From Gammaproteobacteria bacterium (GTDB lineage: Bacteria; Pseudomonadota; Gammaproteobacteria; GCA-002705445; GCA-002716945): DNA of 64,000 nt. Positions 63,196-64,000 of the stretch are shown piece after piece (positions within the stretch are counted from its first letter, which is position 1; each line of letters starts with the position of its first letter). A program made the position numbers and the translations under genes. Location: the NCBI GenBank assembly GCA_038142325.1, contig JAYQJW010000002.1, positions 64,001 through 128,000 on the forward strand, read 5' to 3'. A model generated the notes under the pieces. It was not told where the DNA came from, searched no databases, and was given only the letters and a program-made list of their open reading frames with translations.

Positions 63196-64000
63196 ATGAG
63201 TAAAGCATTTATATCAAAAAATAATCCATTTAATGAGGATCCAGCAGTTGGTGAACGCTTCTCTTATTCATACCTTCTTCCTAAATATTGGATTAGCTGG
63301 ATATTAATTTTTTTATCATTTCCTCTTGCGTACTTACCAAAGATCATCAGATCATTTCTTGGATCAATTTTAGGAAAGATATTATTTCAAATTAATACTT
63401 CAAAAAAAGAAATTGTTAAAATTAATTTAAAAAAAACATTTAAGAACTTGAATGATAATGATTTAGAGAGATACTCAGTTAAATTTTTCAAATATCTTGG
63501 ACATATTTATTTGTGTCTACCATTATTGTGGTGGAGATCTGATTCATATCTTCAAACAATGATACATAAAGACGGTACACAACATGTTGATGATATTTTA
63601 AATAACAACCAAAGTGTTATTTTGCTAGCTCCGCATACCTTATCGCTTGATTTTGGAGGAAGGGCTCTGTCTCAATATAATTTACTCAGCATTTATAAAC
63701 CTTTCAAAAACAAATTAATGAATTGGTTTATAGGTAAATCTAGAAGTAAATTATCGGATAAAGTAATTGTTTATCCAAGACATGGTAGTAGTATAAAAAA
63801 TATTATTAAAAAAATGAGGCAACCATCAGTTTTATATCTTCTTGCTGATGAAGACATTAGTAGAGATGATTCAATATTTTGTGATTTTTTTGATGCTAAA
63901 AAAGCTGTACTTAAATCCATTAGTAAGCTTTCTCGGTTGACTAACTCAAAAGTGCTTCCCTGTGTATGTAACTATAATTTAGATTCACAAGATTTCTATT
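63196..64000 (+). CDS. Lipid A late acyltransferase LpxL/LpxM family (runs off window)
   Basis: Manual translation: LLPKYW, INL..TF, LLAPHTLSLD (HxxxxD), LADED. Confidence 0.8.
   Translation, partial: MSKAFISKNNPFNEDPAVGERFSYSYLLPKYWISWILIFLSFPLAYLPKIIRSFLGSILGKILFQINTSKKEIVKINLKKTFKNLNDNDLERYSVKFFKYLGHIYLCLPLLWWRSDSYLQTMIHKDGTQHVDDILNNNQSVILLAPHTLSLDFGGRALSQYNLLSIYKPFKNKLMNWFIGKSRSKLSDKVIVYPRHGSSIKNIIKKMRQPSVLYLLADEDISRDDSIFCDFFDAKKAVLKSISKLSRLTNSKVLPCVCNYNLDSQDFY

Overview
AT-rich, compact gammaproteobacterial chromosome segment that spans the probable replication origin. Order: glmU (partial), atpIBEFHAGDC, parAB, rsmG, mnmG, mnmE, yidC, yidD, rnpA, rpmH | dnaA, oriC candidate, dnaN, recF (with two parS sites), gyrB, then core housekeeping genes (xthA, hemCD, argH, lptM-lysA-dapF-xerC-hslVU, recG, ubiC, nudE, cysQ, ccmABC, rraA, ampG, pyrE, argB, algC, dut, coaBC, bioFB, ubiA, aroE, hemB, hemF, tsaC, topA, def, fmt, trkAH, lpxL). 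About 30 single-base frameshifts (manual count) break essential genes and are best explained as long-read indel errors, not pseudogenes. I see no rRNA, tRNA, CRISPR array, prophage, transposase or defence island, and I cannot claim a clear new multi-gene system. Best leads: (i) a stand-alone 118-aa unknown gene with a strong RBS, an upstream perfect 10-bp inverted repeat and its own terminator; (ii) a Fae-family paralogue lacking the canonical catalytic His, heading the ubiA-bioBF-coaBC gene run; (iii) ccmC inverted against ccmAB next to an uncalled 47-aa basic ORF; (iv) an orphan Rap1a-like exported protein; (v) repeated -10-box-next-to-ATG (leaderless-type) starts. Gene identities come from motif and synteny recognition, not from database searches.
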